Of a stretch of 64,000 nucleotides of DNA, positions 1-12,064 are shown in pieces. Each line of letters begins with the position of its first letter. Positions within the stretch are counted from its first letter, which is position 1. The position numbers and the translations under genes were made by a program. The notes beneath the pieces are model-generated. The model worked only from the letters and a program-made list of their open reading frames with translations. It was not told where the DNA came from and searched no databases. Where the stretch lies: the NCBI GenBank assembly GCA_030390025.1, contig CM059425.1, positions 171,432,001 to 171,496,000 on the forward strand, read 5' to 3'. This DNA comes from Squalus acanthias (lineage: Eukaryota).

Positions 1-601
1 GTTTTTTAATGCTTTGAGCCCTGTGTTAAAGGGCACTGACACTGCTAATGTGGAACTTCTTCAACAATCGCTCAAACATGCATGCATTTTAAAAATAGGC
101 ACACACCCTCAAGCAGCTGATTTTTAAAATATTTTTAAGGATTCTCTCCTGGCGCTTCCTAGTAATTAATATGGTAACATTTACAATTCAACCTAAAAAC
201 AGAACGCTGCTACTACTGTTCCACAATGAAACTCCTTGTACCATTGTGAGAATCATCAGTGGGGGGGGAAAGATATGACAGAATTCTTACAAAGATTTCA
301 AACTCTGTAGTCCTTACAATGGATGCTCTCTGTAGTGCCGCAGACATATTCTCCTACAGATTAGGTCATCTTGATACAGCCACAAACGTTGAAATCAGTC
401 TCACTTGCAGCAGTGAACTGAAACAATTTTGCACTCAAAAAGTGTCTCCCTTGTGGTAACCCAGTGATGATAACATTGTTCACTTGTATCTCATAATAGT
501 CTCATCACAGTTTTTTCAAAGGGTTCAGCCTTGTCTCAGTCAGATTTCCATTGCAAGAATATTTACACTCCAGTGCTGGTTGCTTTGTAAAGTTACAACA
601 G

Positions 602-830
602 TCGCCTAGGTCCTAAGCTCTGCAATTCCCTCCCTATATCTTTCCACCTCTCTTTCCTCCTTTAAGACGCTCCTTAAAACCTAGCTTTTTGACCAAGCTT
701 TTGGTCATCTACCCAAACATCATCTCATATGGCTCGGTGTCAAATTTATTTTTTTGGTAAGCCTCTTGTGAAGCAACTTGGGACGTTTTACTACCTTAAA
801 GGCATTATAAAATATAAGTTGTTGTTGTTT
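602..830 (+). mobile_element. L2 LINE 3' end fragment
   Basis: Matches the reverse complement of the L2 tails at 31015-31230 and 62268-62490, and ends in ataagttgttgttg. Confidence 0.75.
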
Positions 831-854
831 ATAAATTATAGTCAGTTAATAAAT

Positions 855-1606
855 ATAGAATCATACAGCTCAGAGGAGGCCATTTGGCTCATCGTGCCAG
901 TGTCGGCTCTTTGAAAGAGCTATCCAATTCGTCCCACTTCCTTGCTCTTTCTCCATAGCCTTGCAATTACTTTTCCCCTTCAAGCATCTATCCAATTCCC
1001 TTTTGAAAGTTATTATTGAATCTGCTTCCACTACCCTTTCAGGCAGCGCATTCCAGATCATAACTCGCTGCGTAAAAAAATTCTCCTCATCTCCCCTCCG
1101 TCCTCTGGTTACCGGCCCTCCTGCCAGTGGAAACAGTTTCTCCTTATTTACTCTATCAAAACGCCTCATAATTTTGAACACCTCTATTAAATTTCTCCTT
1201 AACCTTCTCTGCTCGAAGGAAAACAATCCCAGCTTCTCTAGTCTCTCCACATAACTGATGTCCCTCATCCCTGGTATCATTCTAGTAAATCTTTTCTGCA
1301 CCCTCTCCAAGGCCGAGACATCCTTCCTAAAGTGTGATGCCCAGGATTGAAAACAATACTCCAGCTGAGGCCTAACCAGTGTTTTATAAAGGTTTAGCAT
1401 AACTTCCTTGCTTTTGTACTCGATACCCCTATTTATAAAGCCAATGATCCCATCTGCTTTTTTAACAGCCTTACTTGTCCTGCTACCTTCAAAGATTTGT
1501 CTACGTACACCCCCAGGTCTCTCTGTTCCTGCACCCCCTTTAAATTTGTACCATTTAGTTTATATTGTATCTCCTCATTGTTCCTTCCAAAATGCATATA
1601 CCTCAG
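855..1606 (-). mobile_element. CR1 LINE 3' fragment
   Basis: ORF 870-1400 encodes LYKTLVRPQLEYC...LERVQKRFTRMIPG. A gattctat tail is present. Confidence 0.9.
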
Positions 1607-2258
1607 TTTCTTAAGTACAAAAATCAGCCAAGAGTTTTGAACTTTGTGCCACTTGTGCGGATATAAACTCCTTGAGACCAGTGGGGTCAGCACTGGAGGC
1701 CCTGGCATTCAGGCAGTTACACTGCAGATTTTCAGACTCATTATACACTTGGTGCCAAAAAGCTACTGCAGTCCTCAAAATCAGAAATTCTCTCGAGTAT
1801 ATGCAAGCTTTTGGAGTCACAGTTTTATTCATCAGGAGATCAGAGTGACCTTCTGAGGTTCTGATTGCTAGTGGATGTTTTATGAAAAAACATGTTAGTA
1901 GTAAGGTATGGTAGCCTCGTGGTTATGGTACTGGACCAGCAACTCAGAGGTCTTTTTGTATTATAAATTTTTATGACACATTCTTTTGGAAACTGTCTTT
2001 GTAAACTGGCCATGTTGTAATTACACCCTCCTGCCAGTGGCAGCACTATAATACCTCAGTTTTGCATCTCCCAGCTCCCCAGCCTGTACGGTAGAGAAAC
2101 TCCTGTACTATTACCAGCTATACTTCTCTGCCTTAGAACTGCCCTAAGTTTTGCTATTTAACTATAACATAAAATAAAAATACTATATAAAACGAAGGAC
2201 AGTTGATCTGCTGTGGTGTTGTATACGGGAAGCTAAGAGCAAGTGCAATCTTCTGGTG

Positions 2259-2451
2259 TGGAGATGCCGGTGTTGGACTGGGGTGGACAAATGTGAGAAG
2301 TCGCACAACACCAGGTTATAGTCCAACAGTTTTATTTAAAATCACAAGCTTTCGGAGCGCTGCTCCTTCCTGACGAAGGAGCAGCGCTCCGAAAGCTTGT
2401 GATTTCAAATAAAGCTGTTGGACTATAACCTGGTGTTGTGCGACTTCTCAC
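2259..2451 (+). mobile_element. Hairpin non-autonomous Penelope-type element with hammerhead core, 11-bp TSD
   Basis: 79-bp inverted arms (2291-2369 and 2375-2453, 2 mismatches). TSD atcttctggtg at 2248-2258 and 2452-2462. CTGACGA-a-GGAGC-agc-GCTCC-GAAA-gc-TT at 2370-2398. Confidence 0.8.
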
Positions 2452-2809
2452 ATCTTCTGGTGAAGCAGGGTTGTGGGGGGGATGTTAATTGGACCGGGGA
2501 AAGCAGATATAATTCAGGCTGCATTTTAAAATCATATATTTAAAATCTGATTTATTGTATTTCTGAGACATAAAGCATTATAACTATAGTCAAATCCTGA
2601 TGAACATATCTGTACAATGAAATTGTGTGTTTAAGCTTGGATTTGGATATTTGCAGACTACTGATAAAATTAGCTGATTTGTAATACTTGTAATTTGATC
2701 ATTCATTCTGCAAGCGAATCTAAATTAAAACACTTCATCACATCAGAAATGAAAGTCTATCATTTCCAATATACTAAGCAATGAAAATATAGGGAAATGA
2801 AATGAAAAA

Positions 2810-2882
2810 CCAAATGCTGGAAATCTAAAATAAAACAGAAGGTACCAGTTCTGATGTAGGATTCCACCTGAAATATTAACCT
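2810..2882 (+). mobile_element. Degenerate Penelope terminal-repeat fragment with decayed hammerhead
   Basis: gttCTGATGtaggattccacctGAAAtaTTaac resembles 59466-59500. It is preceded by an inverted piece (aaatgctggaaatctaaaataaaa) of the same terminal repeat. Confidence 0.55.
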
Positions 2883-2883
2883 T

Positions 2884-3388
2884 TAGAATCATAGGATCAT
2901 ACAGCACAGAAGGAGGCCATTCGGCCTGTCGTGCCTGTGCTGGCTCTTTGAAAGAGCAGTCCAATTTAATCCCACATCCCAGCTTTTTCCCCATAAACCT
3001 GCAAACTAGTTCTCTTAAAATAATGTCCTATTACCTTCTGAAAGTTCCTAAGGAATCTGATCCCACCACCCTTTCAGGTAGTGCGTTCCAGATCATAGCA
3101 ACCATCTGTATGAAAACATTGCTTCTCATTTCTCTTCTAGTTCTTTTGCCAATTATTAAATCTATGACCTCTGGTTACCAACCTACTTGCCAGAGGAAAT
3201 AGTTTCTCCCTACTTGCTCTATCAAAACCCCTCATAATTTTGAATACCTCTATTAGGTTTCCCCTTAACCATCTCTGCTCTAAGGAGAACAATTCCAGCT
3301 TCTCCAATCTTTCCACGTAACTGAACTCCCTCATCCCTGGTATCATCCTGGTAAACCTCCTCTTTACCCTCTCCAATGCCTTGACATT
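2884..3388 (-). mobile_element. CR1 LINE 3' fragment
   Basis: ORF 3137-3400 encodes ALERVKRRFTRMIPGMREFSYVERLEKL. A gattcta tail is present. Confidence 0.88.
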
Positions 3389-4530
3389 GAATTCACCCAC
3401 TCTAAATTACATTTCCTTCTCAGTCCTTGCGCTGTTAATTTCACAATCCTTCAATCTGACTGATTAAGGAGATACACAATTGGTTTCCCTGTTCACTCAG
3501 GTCCCAGATGTCCTGTTTCCCTCGCTGTTATGTTATCAGCTCACACTTTCAGCAACTTTCTACGCAAAAATGTAAAAAAACTAAACATGCGCGGGCAAGT
3601 TTAACTAATGGCCCAGTGTGTTTTGATACATTTATACAAAGGCTTTACAAAGCACTGGTGAGACCACATTATACAATGTTCTAAACTTCACTCAGAGCAA
3701 AGGGGAAAAAAAACTGAGGAAAAATTAGAGATGTTTGAGCTTTATACTCTGCAAAGAGAGACCTAGTTGAAGAATGTAGAATAATGCCATAAAGTAAACC
3801 CAGAATATTAAACCAGGAAAGTTAGACCACAGGGTAACAATTTAAATTAGTGAACTATACATTTAAAACAGATATTTGGATGAATTTCTTTGCTCAAAGA
3901 ATGATAATATTTTAGAATAACTTAGCTGACCTGGCAGTAGAGACAAAAGCACCAGACAGACGAGGAGATCGGAAAGTGGGATACTAGGAAAAGGTGTTTT
4001 GTCCTTGACTTTTCTTATGTTTTATTTGCATATTGGTCCAAGCACAGCATTCAATCTATAGTCAATTGTGTACCTCTTAAAGCATTAATTCAAAAGCATG
4101 ACTAATATAATACTATATTAAGCAAAGGCCAGGATTAGTGAAATAAAAAGGTCTCAGAAGCACAGACAGTTTTGCCTTCCCATGGTTCAGATCAACTCTG
4201 AGCTCTGGGATACTCCAAAACTGGAGAAAGAAGTGATTTCATTTTAAATGCCAAGAGCGGTCTGCTATACCCAAAAGGGAACTACTGAGCAAACTATAGC
4301 AGTTTTCTGCCTTCAGAATGAAAACAGTGCACTGAATATGTACAGATTCGATTGCAATTACAGAAAGGCAAAGCTTGGCCAACAACTAGTTTGGTCCTTT
4401 CTAAATAAACCACTCAATAGCATTATAACAATTAAGAAATCAACCGTACTGGTATTTTATTGAGTTAAAAACGTCTGAATTATATATCCAACTTGATTTA
4501 TTCAGTGCTCAGAAAGGTCAAGATCATTAA

Positions 4531-5695
4531 TGATCAGTCAGCAAAAGATTTCTTTCACTATGGGTGAGCAGACCATATCAATGTGTCCCTCCCTGACTTG
4601 GCACCCAACTAAGCAATGACTTAAGTTTGCTTCTAGTAATGGTAGATGGACTTCAGTGACAGACAGTCGTGAAATTCAAACTGCAGCCATTTGCCTGGGA
4701 GTGAGGCATTTGATATCCTGTGTTATCAAATGATGCAAATATAAGTAAATCCCTGCCTGTTTGAGCTTGAAATGTTGGAGACTGTGGACCCCTTTTCTTG
4801 CTTTAGTTAGCTGTCTGTGCTGCTAATGAAAATTGTGGATGCGATTCAGTTTGTTTGTGACCGTCAGCGTCACTGGTTAAAAAGAAACTCCTTCCCTCAC
4901 CTGGGCTGCAAAGATTAAAGGCAGATTCCAAATATTTGCCTCTCTTAGTTCTTGTTTTGTCATTTTCCAAAGGGTGCACAAGTTGCCCATTTTGTGTATT
5001 TTTATCTCTCCTAAAGATAGGGCAGTGATCTATGCACCATAGATTATGGTTGATTTATACACTAGACAGTAAGATACTCTTTCTTATCCCGGTTAGTCTT
5101 TCACGTTTTTGAAAAAAACTTAAATTTCCCTCTCTTTCCTTTTTCCATGCTTCGCTCCTTCATTTCCTACTATCTTTCAGTTCAACGATACTAAGTTGTG
5201 CAATAGATAGTAAAGCAGGAAAGTAATTGCTCCCCTGAAATCCCAGCTGGTGTCACTGTGACAGAGAGCCCTGTGCTACCAGCAGCATTTAGTGTTGGAA
5301 TCCATCTCCATGAGCTGCAGGACAGTGAACATCAGCAGCCTGGGTGAGGGAACTGGTTTGTTTTTAACCAGTGACGCGGACGGTCACAAACAAACCGAAT
5401 CGCATCCACAATTTTCATTAGCAGCACAGACAGCTAACTAAAGCAAGAAAAAGGGTCCACAGTCTCCAACATTTCAAGCTCAAACAGGCAGGGATTTACT
5501 TATATTTGCATCATTTGATAACACAGGATATCAAACGCCTCACTCCCATGCAAATGGCTGCAGTTTGAATTTCATGACTGTCTGTCACTGAAGTCCATCT
5601 ACCATTACTAGAAGCAAACTTAAGTCATTGCTTAGTTGGGTACGTTGATATGGTCTGCTCACCTATAGTGAGGGGAATCTTTTGCTGACTGATCA
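4531..5695. repeat. Long inverted repeat: arms ~4531-4888 and ~5357-5695, ~470 bp spacer
   Basis: Direct comparison shows the arms are reverse complements with few substitutions and one ~19-bp indel. Confidence 0.92.
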
Positions 5696-6049
5696 CTGAA
5701 TGCAATTACAAAGGTCTGAGTCTCGATTTCTCTTCTTTTTGGCTAAAAGATGACAGCATGGCAGGTCTGTTGCTCCTCTGAGAAGATAAATGGGACTAGG
5801 TCAAGGGACTAAACTAAAGAAATTAATCTCTTGCTTTCCATTTACATTTGGCCATGAAGTACAGAGCACTTCCAAAAGGTGGTTCCGTAGATTATTTACA
5901 TGCATAAAGTTAATTAAAACTCATAAAACCAGCAATCACAGCTATAGCAAAAAAAAAAAATCCAAAAAATATTTGAATACAAAATAGATAAGATACAGAT
6001 TAAATGCAAAAATAAACAGTGGAAAGTGTATCCTAAAAAGGTTAAACTT

Positions 6050-6692
6050 TTTACAGAGTGAGGGGGCTGGCAATAGAGAGATCCATAGGTCTTTAAAGGT
6101 GGGAGTGCAAGTAAAAAAGGCTATAAAGGACAAATGGGTTTCTGAGTTTTGTACATAGGGGTACTTAACGTAAAACCACAAAGGTTAGAGTGGATTTGTA
6201 CAGGAAGGATATTAAAGCCATGGAAAAGGTAAATAGTAATGATTCACTAGAAGGTTACCAAGCATGAAAAGTTATAGAAAAGAAAGGCTCAAGAAATTGT
6301 GGCTTTTTTCATTGGAACGGAGAAGATAAAGGAAGGATCTAGTAAAGGTTTTCAAAATGATGAGAAATCCTGAGAGGATAAGCAGTGAGATTGTTTTCCC
6401 TGTTTGGCGGATCGGTAACAAGGGGACTAAGGATTATCGCTAAAGTTAGAAGACTTTTTTTTTTTTACACAGGGCTAATAGAACATGAAATGCTTTCCCA
6501 CAAGTAACCATTGATGCAGAGATTATAACATCATTGAAAAGGAATTGGATAAGTATTTGAACAGGAACACTATAAAAGGATGCGGGTAAGAAGCAGGGAA
6601 CTAGGACTGAGATTAGACATCTCCAGTTGAAGAGCTAGCACCTGCACAGGCATGAAGGGCTGAATGACTTCCTTACATGCTATGATTTCTAT
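6050..6692 (+). mobile_element. Old CR1 LINE 3' fragment
   Basis: Decayed CR1 C-terminal coding sequence (ggcttttttcattggaacggagaagat; aaaagggaattggataagtatttg) and a tgatttctatg tail. Confidence 0.7.
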
Positions 6693-8333
6693 GGCTCCAC
6701 AAGAAGAAAATTTTAGAAACTGAAAGGAAATGGAAATTTCACACAGTGACGAGCCATATGTTGGCACCCGTGATCATCAATGGAATGATTTCTGATTTTA
6801 ACCTCATCAACATGGGAAGGACCAAATGGAGGCAAAATATTACCCCACAGGACGGAACAAAAGAGCCAGTCACAATATGCCATTTTTGTTCACCTGACCT
6901 AGCAACTGACTCAGTAACAAATTAGGCAGCAGCCTTGGAGCTGGTTTCCAGTTTATCCTTTCAGTCAAGCGCTGAATGGCATGAGAAACTATGCAGGTGA
7001 AAGAAGGTGGTCCCTGCTAAGAAAGAAACATTAAAAGGACATCAGAATAATTTATTAATATACACCAATATAATTTATTGAAAGAACGGGAAAATGGATA
7101 AAAAATGGGTATATTTGAAAATAGAGGCATTGCACTGTGATGTGGGGATGGAAACCTATAGGGGGAGTCACCAAGGCTGCTCTTGCATACCTCATTTTAA
7201 AGAGTAGCTTTCCCGCCTGTGCTGCTGGCTGGAAGAATTCTGAGAGAAAAGGAGAAGCAAATACAATTTGTTCTTTAAAAATAGAGTTACATGCACAATG
7301 TTGACATTGTTGCTGATGCAGGGCAGCAGTGACTCCAACACTAACAAGCTACCATATCCTTAAAAAGCTGAGCTTGTTGTACTGCCCTGCCAGGAGGTGA
7401 AAGCTGAACAAACTGCAGCAATAGAGCTTGAAGCTGTTTACAAATCAGTATGTGCTACAGTGTGAAACATAATACACTGACTACCATGTCAATCACTGCA
7501 GCTGACTTGGAGGCAGGCAAGAGGGGCCTGGTTACAGTATTAATTCCCTAATTATTAAAAAAAATTAATAATCTTTAAAAAAAACTGTTGTCTGAATACA
7601 TTATACATATTTATATTGTTTTAAATAACACTTCCAGTTCTTGATACTGTTACTAATATTCATTCATTAAATCAATTGAATTAAAAATTTCAATACAATG
7701 CACAACAGATCTAATCCATTTTCAACTGTAATTCAATGACAAGCCAATAAAAAACAGTAAAGTTAAAGAAAATCTAAGAAAACCAACGCATCTCCATTAT
7801 CAATCAAAATATATTAAATATATAATACACCGAATACACCCTTTTCAAATAAATCTCTAAGTGAAGACAAAAAATGAAATGTTTGTCGAAGTATTTCTGA
7901 ACAAAAAATCCTGGAATTCCACGGAAATTAATAAAAATGAATTAAAGCGGAAAATCAAAAAGACAGTGACACAATTACATGTGCGATTGCTATCTGCTTT
8001 GTCAGCCGCACACGATCAATTGAAACTAATTCATTTGATGCACAATCTCCCTAAAGCTGAAGAAAAGCTCACTTTCTTCCAAGTCCCTGTAAACGATAAC
8101 ATAAGAACATAAGAAATAGGAGCAGGAGTAGGCCAATCGGCCCCTCGAGCCTGCTCCGCCATTCAATAAGATCATGGCTGATCTGATCCTAACCGCCAAT
8201 CTACTATCTACTATCACAGAACCATCTCCTGCATCTAACAGAATTGCACACACGAAATAGGAGCAGAATCAGGCTACACGGTCCCTGGGCCCGCTCCACT
8301 ACCCACAGGGCCATGACCGATCCAAACCTAGAC

Positions 8334-11285
8334 TCATGTCCAAATTCCTGCCCGCTCCCCGTAACCCTTAATGCCCTTTACTTCTAGGAAACTGTCTATT
8401 TCTGTTTTAAATTTATTTAATGATGTAGCTTCTACAGCTTTTTGTGGCAGCATATTCCATGGACCTACCACCCTCTGAGTGAAGTAGTTCCTCCTCATCT
8501 CAGTTTTGAAAGAGCAGCCCCTTATTCTAAGACTATGTCCCCTAGTTCTAGTCTCACCCGTCATCGGGAACATCCTCCCCGCATCCACCCGATCCAACCC
8601 CTTCACAATCTTATATGTTTCAATAAGATCGCCTCTCATTCTTCTGAACTCCAATGAGTAGAGTCCCAATCTACCCAACCTCTCCTCATATGACCACCCC
8701 CTCATCCCTGGGATTAACCGAGTGAACCTTTTTTGCACTGCCTCGAGAGCAAGGATGTCTTTCCTTAAGTAAGGACACCAAAACTGTATGCAGTATTCCA
8801 GGTGCGGTCTCACCAATACCTTGTACAACTGAAGCAATACCTCCCTATTTTTATATTCTATCCCCCTAGCAATGAAAGCCAACATTCCATTTGCCTTCTT
8901 AATCACTTGCTGCACCTGCATACTAACCTTTTGAGTTTCGTGCACCAGGACCCCCAGATCCCTTTGCACTTCAGTACTCTCCAGTTTCTTGCCATTAAGA
9001 TAATAAATTGCTCTAGGATTTTTCCTGCCAAAGTGCATCACCTCACACTTTCCAGTGTTGTATTCCATCTGCCAAATCTCTGCCCACTTACTTAGCCTGT
9101 CTATGTCCCCTTGCAGGTTTTTTATGTCCTCCTCACTCACTACTTTCCCTCCCATCTTTGTATCATCTGCAAATTTTGATATGTTACACTTGGTCCCTTC
9201 CTCCAAATCGTTAATATAGATTGTAAAGAGTTGGGGACCCAGCACTGACCCCTGTGGAACACCACTAGTTACTGATTGCCAGTCTGAGAATGAACCATTT
9301 ATCCCAACTCTTTGCTTTCTGTTAGATAGCCAATCCTCTATCCATGCCAGAATATTACCCCCAATCCCATGATTTTTTACCTTAAGCAATAATCTTTTGT
9401 GTGGCACCTTGTCAAATGCCTTTTGGAAGTCTAAATACACTACGTCCACTGGTTCCCCTTTATCCACTCTATATGTTACTTCCTCAAAGAACTCCAGCAA
9501 ATTTGTCAAACATGACTTCCCCTTCGTAAAACCATGCTGACTTTGTCCTATTAAATTATGATTATCCAAATGTCCTGTTACTGTTTCCTTAATAATGGAC
9601 TCCAAAATTTTACCTACCACAGATGTTAGGCTAACCGGTCTATAGTTACCAGCCTTCTGTCTACTGCCCTTTTTAAATAAGGGTGTTACATTAGCAGTTT
9701 TCCAGTCTGCCGGGACCTTAGCGGAATCCAGGGAGTTTTGAAAAATTATTACCAATGCATCTACAATCCCTACCGCCACTTCCTTCAAGACTCTAGGATG
9801 TAAGCCATCAGGTCCAGGTGATTTATCCGCCTTGAGTCCCATTATTTTACCGAGTACCACTTCCTTAGTGATTTTGATCGTGTTTAGCTCCTCTCCCCCT
9901 ATAGCCCCCTGTTTGTCCAGTGTTGGGATATTCTTAGTGTCCTCTACTGTAAAGACTGATACAAAATATTCATTCAGTGTTTTTGCCATCTCCATATTTC
10001 CCACCATTAATTTCCCGGTCTCATCCTCTAAGGGACCAACATTTACTTTAGCCACCCTTTTTCTTTTTATATAACTATAAAAACTCTTACTATCTGTTTT
10101 TATATTTTTTGCTAATTTACTTTCATAATCTATCTTCCCTTTCTTAATCAATCTTTTTGTTATTTTTTGCTGCCTTTTAAAGTTTTCCCAATCCTCTGTC
10201 CTCCCACTAGATTTCGCTACCTTATATGCCCTTGTTTTTAGTCGAATACTATCCTTAATTTCTTTACTTAGCCACGGATGACTGTCCTTTCTTTTACACC
10301 CTTTTCTTTTCAGTGGAATATATTTTTTTTGGAAGTTGTAAAATAACTCCTTGAATGTACACCACTGATCATGTGTCGTCTTACCCTTTAATCTATTTTC
10401 CCAATCCACTCTACTCAATTCCGCTCGCATACCTTCATAGTCTCCTTTATTCAAGCTTAGCACGCTTGTTTGAGATCCAACCTTCTCACCCTCTAATTGA
10501 ATATGGAATTCAACCATGTTATGGTCACTCATTCCAAGGGGATCCTTTACTAGGACATTTTTAATTAATCCTGTCTCGTTACACAGGACCAGATCTAAGG
10601 TTGCTTGCCCCCTGGTCGGTTCAGTTACATACTGCTCAAGAAACCCATCCCTAATACACTCAATGAACTCATCCTCAAGGCAGCCCTGCCCCATTTGATT
10701 TGTCCAATTAATATGATAGTTAAAATCCCCCATAATTATAGATGTTCCCTTATTACATGCCTCAACTATTTCCTGATTGATACTCCGTCCAACAGAGTTG
10801 CAACTGTTCGGAGGCCTATAGACTACGCCCACTAGTGTTTTTTTCCCCTTATTATTCCTTATCTCCACCCAAACTGTTTCATTATCATGATTTTTTGACC
10901 CAATATCATTACTCTGTATTACAGTGATTCCTTCCTTTATTAACATAGCCACCCCACCTCCCCTTCCTTCCTGCCTGTCCTTCCTGATCGTTAAATAACC
11001 TGGTATGTTTAATTCCCAGGCATTGTCACCCTGCAGCCATGTTTCTGTAATGGCCACAATATCATAACCATATGTAGTTATTTGTGCCATTAACTCGTCT
11101 ATTTTGTTACGAATGCTACGTGCATTCAGATAGAGAACTTTCAAATATGCTTTGTGGCACTTAGTGCCTGCTTTTTCACTTTTTACCACTTTACCTTTTA
11201 CTCCACACACTCTGTCCCTTCCTGCCACTCTCTGATTTGTGATTCCCCTACTGCTACCTATGTCTATGACCCTCTCTGTTGTCAT
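8334..11285 (-). CDS. Intact CR1 LINE ORF2 (APE endonuclease + reverse transcriptase), 983 aa
   Basis: Uninterrupted ORF with APE motifs (YLNARS, ITETW, MGDFN, SDHN), RT motifs ([25 protein letters not shown]) and a CR1-type C-terminus. Confidence 0.95.
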   Translation of the reverse strand: MTTERVIDIGSSRGITNQRVAGRDRVCGVKGKVVKSEKAGTKCHKAYLKVLYLNARSIRNKIDELMAQITTYGYDIVAITETWLQGDNAWELNIPGYLTIRKDRQEGRGGGVAMLIKEGITVIQSNDIGSKNHDNETVWVEIRNNKGKKTLVGVVYRPPNSCNSVGRSINQEIVEACNKGTSIIMGDFNYHINWTNQMGQGCLEDEFIECIRDGFLEQYVTEPTRGQATLDLVLCNETGLIKNVLVKDPLGMSDHNMVEFHIQLEGEKVGSQTSVLSLNKGDYEGMRAELSRVDWENRLKGKTTHDQWCTFKELFYNFQKKYIPLKRKGCKRKDSHPWLSKEIKDSIRLKTRAYKVAKSSGRTEDWENFKRQQKITKRLIKKGKIDYESKLAKNIKTDSKSFYSYIKRKRVAKVNVGPLEDETGKLMVGNMEMAKTLNEYFVSVFTVEDTKNIPTLDKQGAIGGEELNTIKITKEVVLGKIMGLKADKSPGPDGLHPRVLKEVAVGIVDALVIIFQNSLDSAKVPADWKTANVTPLFKKGSRQKAGNYRPVSLTSVVGKILESIIKETVTGHLDNHNLIGQSQHGFTKGKSCLTNLLEFFEEVTYRVDKGEPVDVVYLDFQKAFDKVPHKRLLLKVKNHGIGGNILAWIEDWLSNRKQRVGINGSFSDWQSVTSGVPQGSVLGPQLFTIYINDLEEGTKCNISKFADDTKMGGKVVSEEDIKNLQGDIDRLSKWAEIWQMEYNTGKCEVMHFGRKNPRAIYYLNGKKLESTEVQRDLGVLVHETQKVSMQVQQVIKKANGMLAFIARGIEYKNREVLLQLYKVLVRPHLEYCIQFWCPYLRKDILALEAVQKRFTRLIPGMRGWSYEERLGRLGLYSLEFRRMRGDLIETYKIVKGLDRVDAGRMFPMTGETRTRGHSLRIRGCSFKTEMRRNYFTQRVVGPWNMLPQKAVEATSLNKFKTEIDSFLEVKGIKGYGERAGIWT

Positions 11286-11323
11286 TTTTAGTTTTTGCTC
11301 TCTTGAAACCTCCCCCCCACTAA

Positions 11324-11630
11324 TTAGTTTAAAGCCCTCTCCACAGCCCTAGTTATTCGATTCGCCAGGACATTAGTCCCAGCACTGGCCAAGTGAAGTC
11401 CGTCCCAACGGAACAGCTCTCTCCTGCCCCAGTACTGGTGCCAGTGTCCCAAGAAGCAAAACCCATTTTTCCCACACCAGTCTTTGAGTCACGCATTCAA
11501 CTCCCTGATTTTATTTACCCTAGCCAAATTTGCTCGTGGCTCAGGTAGTAATCCAGAGATTATTACCCTCGAGGTTCTGCTTTTTAATTTGGCCCCTAGC
11601 TGCTCAAACTCCCTCAGCAGAACCTCTTTC
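11324..11630 (-). pseudogene. CR1 ORF1 C-terminal remnant (SGNH-esterase-like domain) with premature stop
   Basis: Manual translation gives KEVLLREFEQLGAKLKSRTSRVIISGLLPEPRANLARVNKIRELNA*LKDWCGKNGFCFLGHWHQYWGRRELFRWDGLHLASAGTNVLANRITRAVERALN*. It contains the DGLHL esterase motif typical of CR1 ORF1. Confidence 0.8.
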
Positions 11631-12064
11631 TGAAGGAGAGAACTGGCATCATCAACTTCTAATCTCTATGCAATTTTCATCCTGTGAGCCACATTCTGCT
11701 TTCATCCAACACTGCTAGAAATGGAGGTATTTCTTTCCTTCCAGTGTTGTACAAGAAGAAAGGGCTGAGCTTGCAGGGCTTTCTACGATATAGACAGTTT
11801 GTACTATACGCACCTACTTCCTAATAACAAACACTTGCACTTTCCTTTAACAGTCAAAGCTTTGACCCCTTAAAAAGGAGGATATGAACAGCTTTATGGA
11901 CACTAGTATCACTGGTGCAGTGCATCAGAACAGGCTGCACAAAGTACTACATCTCAACTGGCACTGCATATTTAGTACTAATTTAAAGGCAGTTTACGGC
12001 TATGTTCATGTGTACTCTTAACTGGAAAGCGATTGCCCCAACCCTTTTCACTTATAACCATGGA

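Larger units (their letters stand above)
8098..11630 (-). mobile_element. 5'-truncated young CR1 LINE (ORF1 C-terminus, ORF2, 3' UTR with TTCTTATG-type tail)
   Basis: The + strand reads aacataagaacataagaaataggagcagg at ~8098, the reverse of the CR1 3' tail. It is followed by the intact ORF2 and an ORF1 remnant. Confidence 0.92.

Noticed and set aside
961..1254. Antisense ORFs over CR1/L2 copies (also 13514-13798, 36510-36779)
   Set aside because: Shadow frames of LINE coding sequence.
2291..2453. CRISPR repeat, terminator or canonical miRNA
   Set aside because: Eukaryotic context with no spacer array. The TSD and second copy indicate a mobile element.
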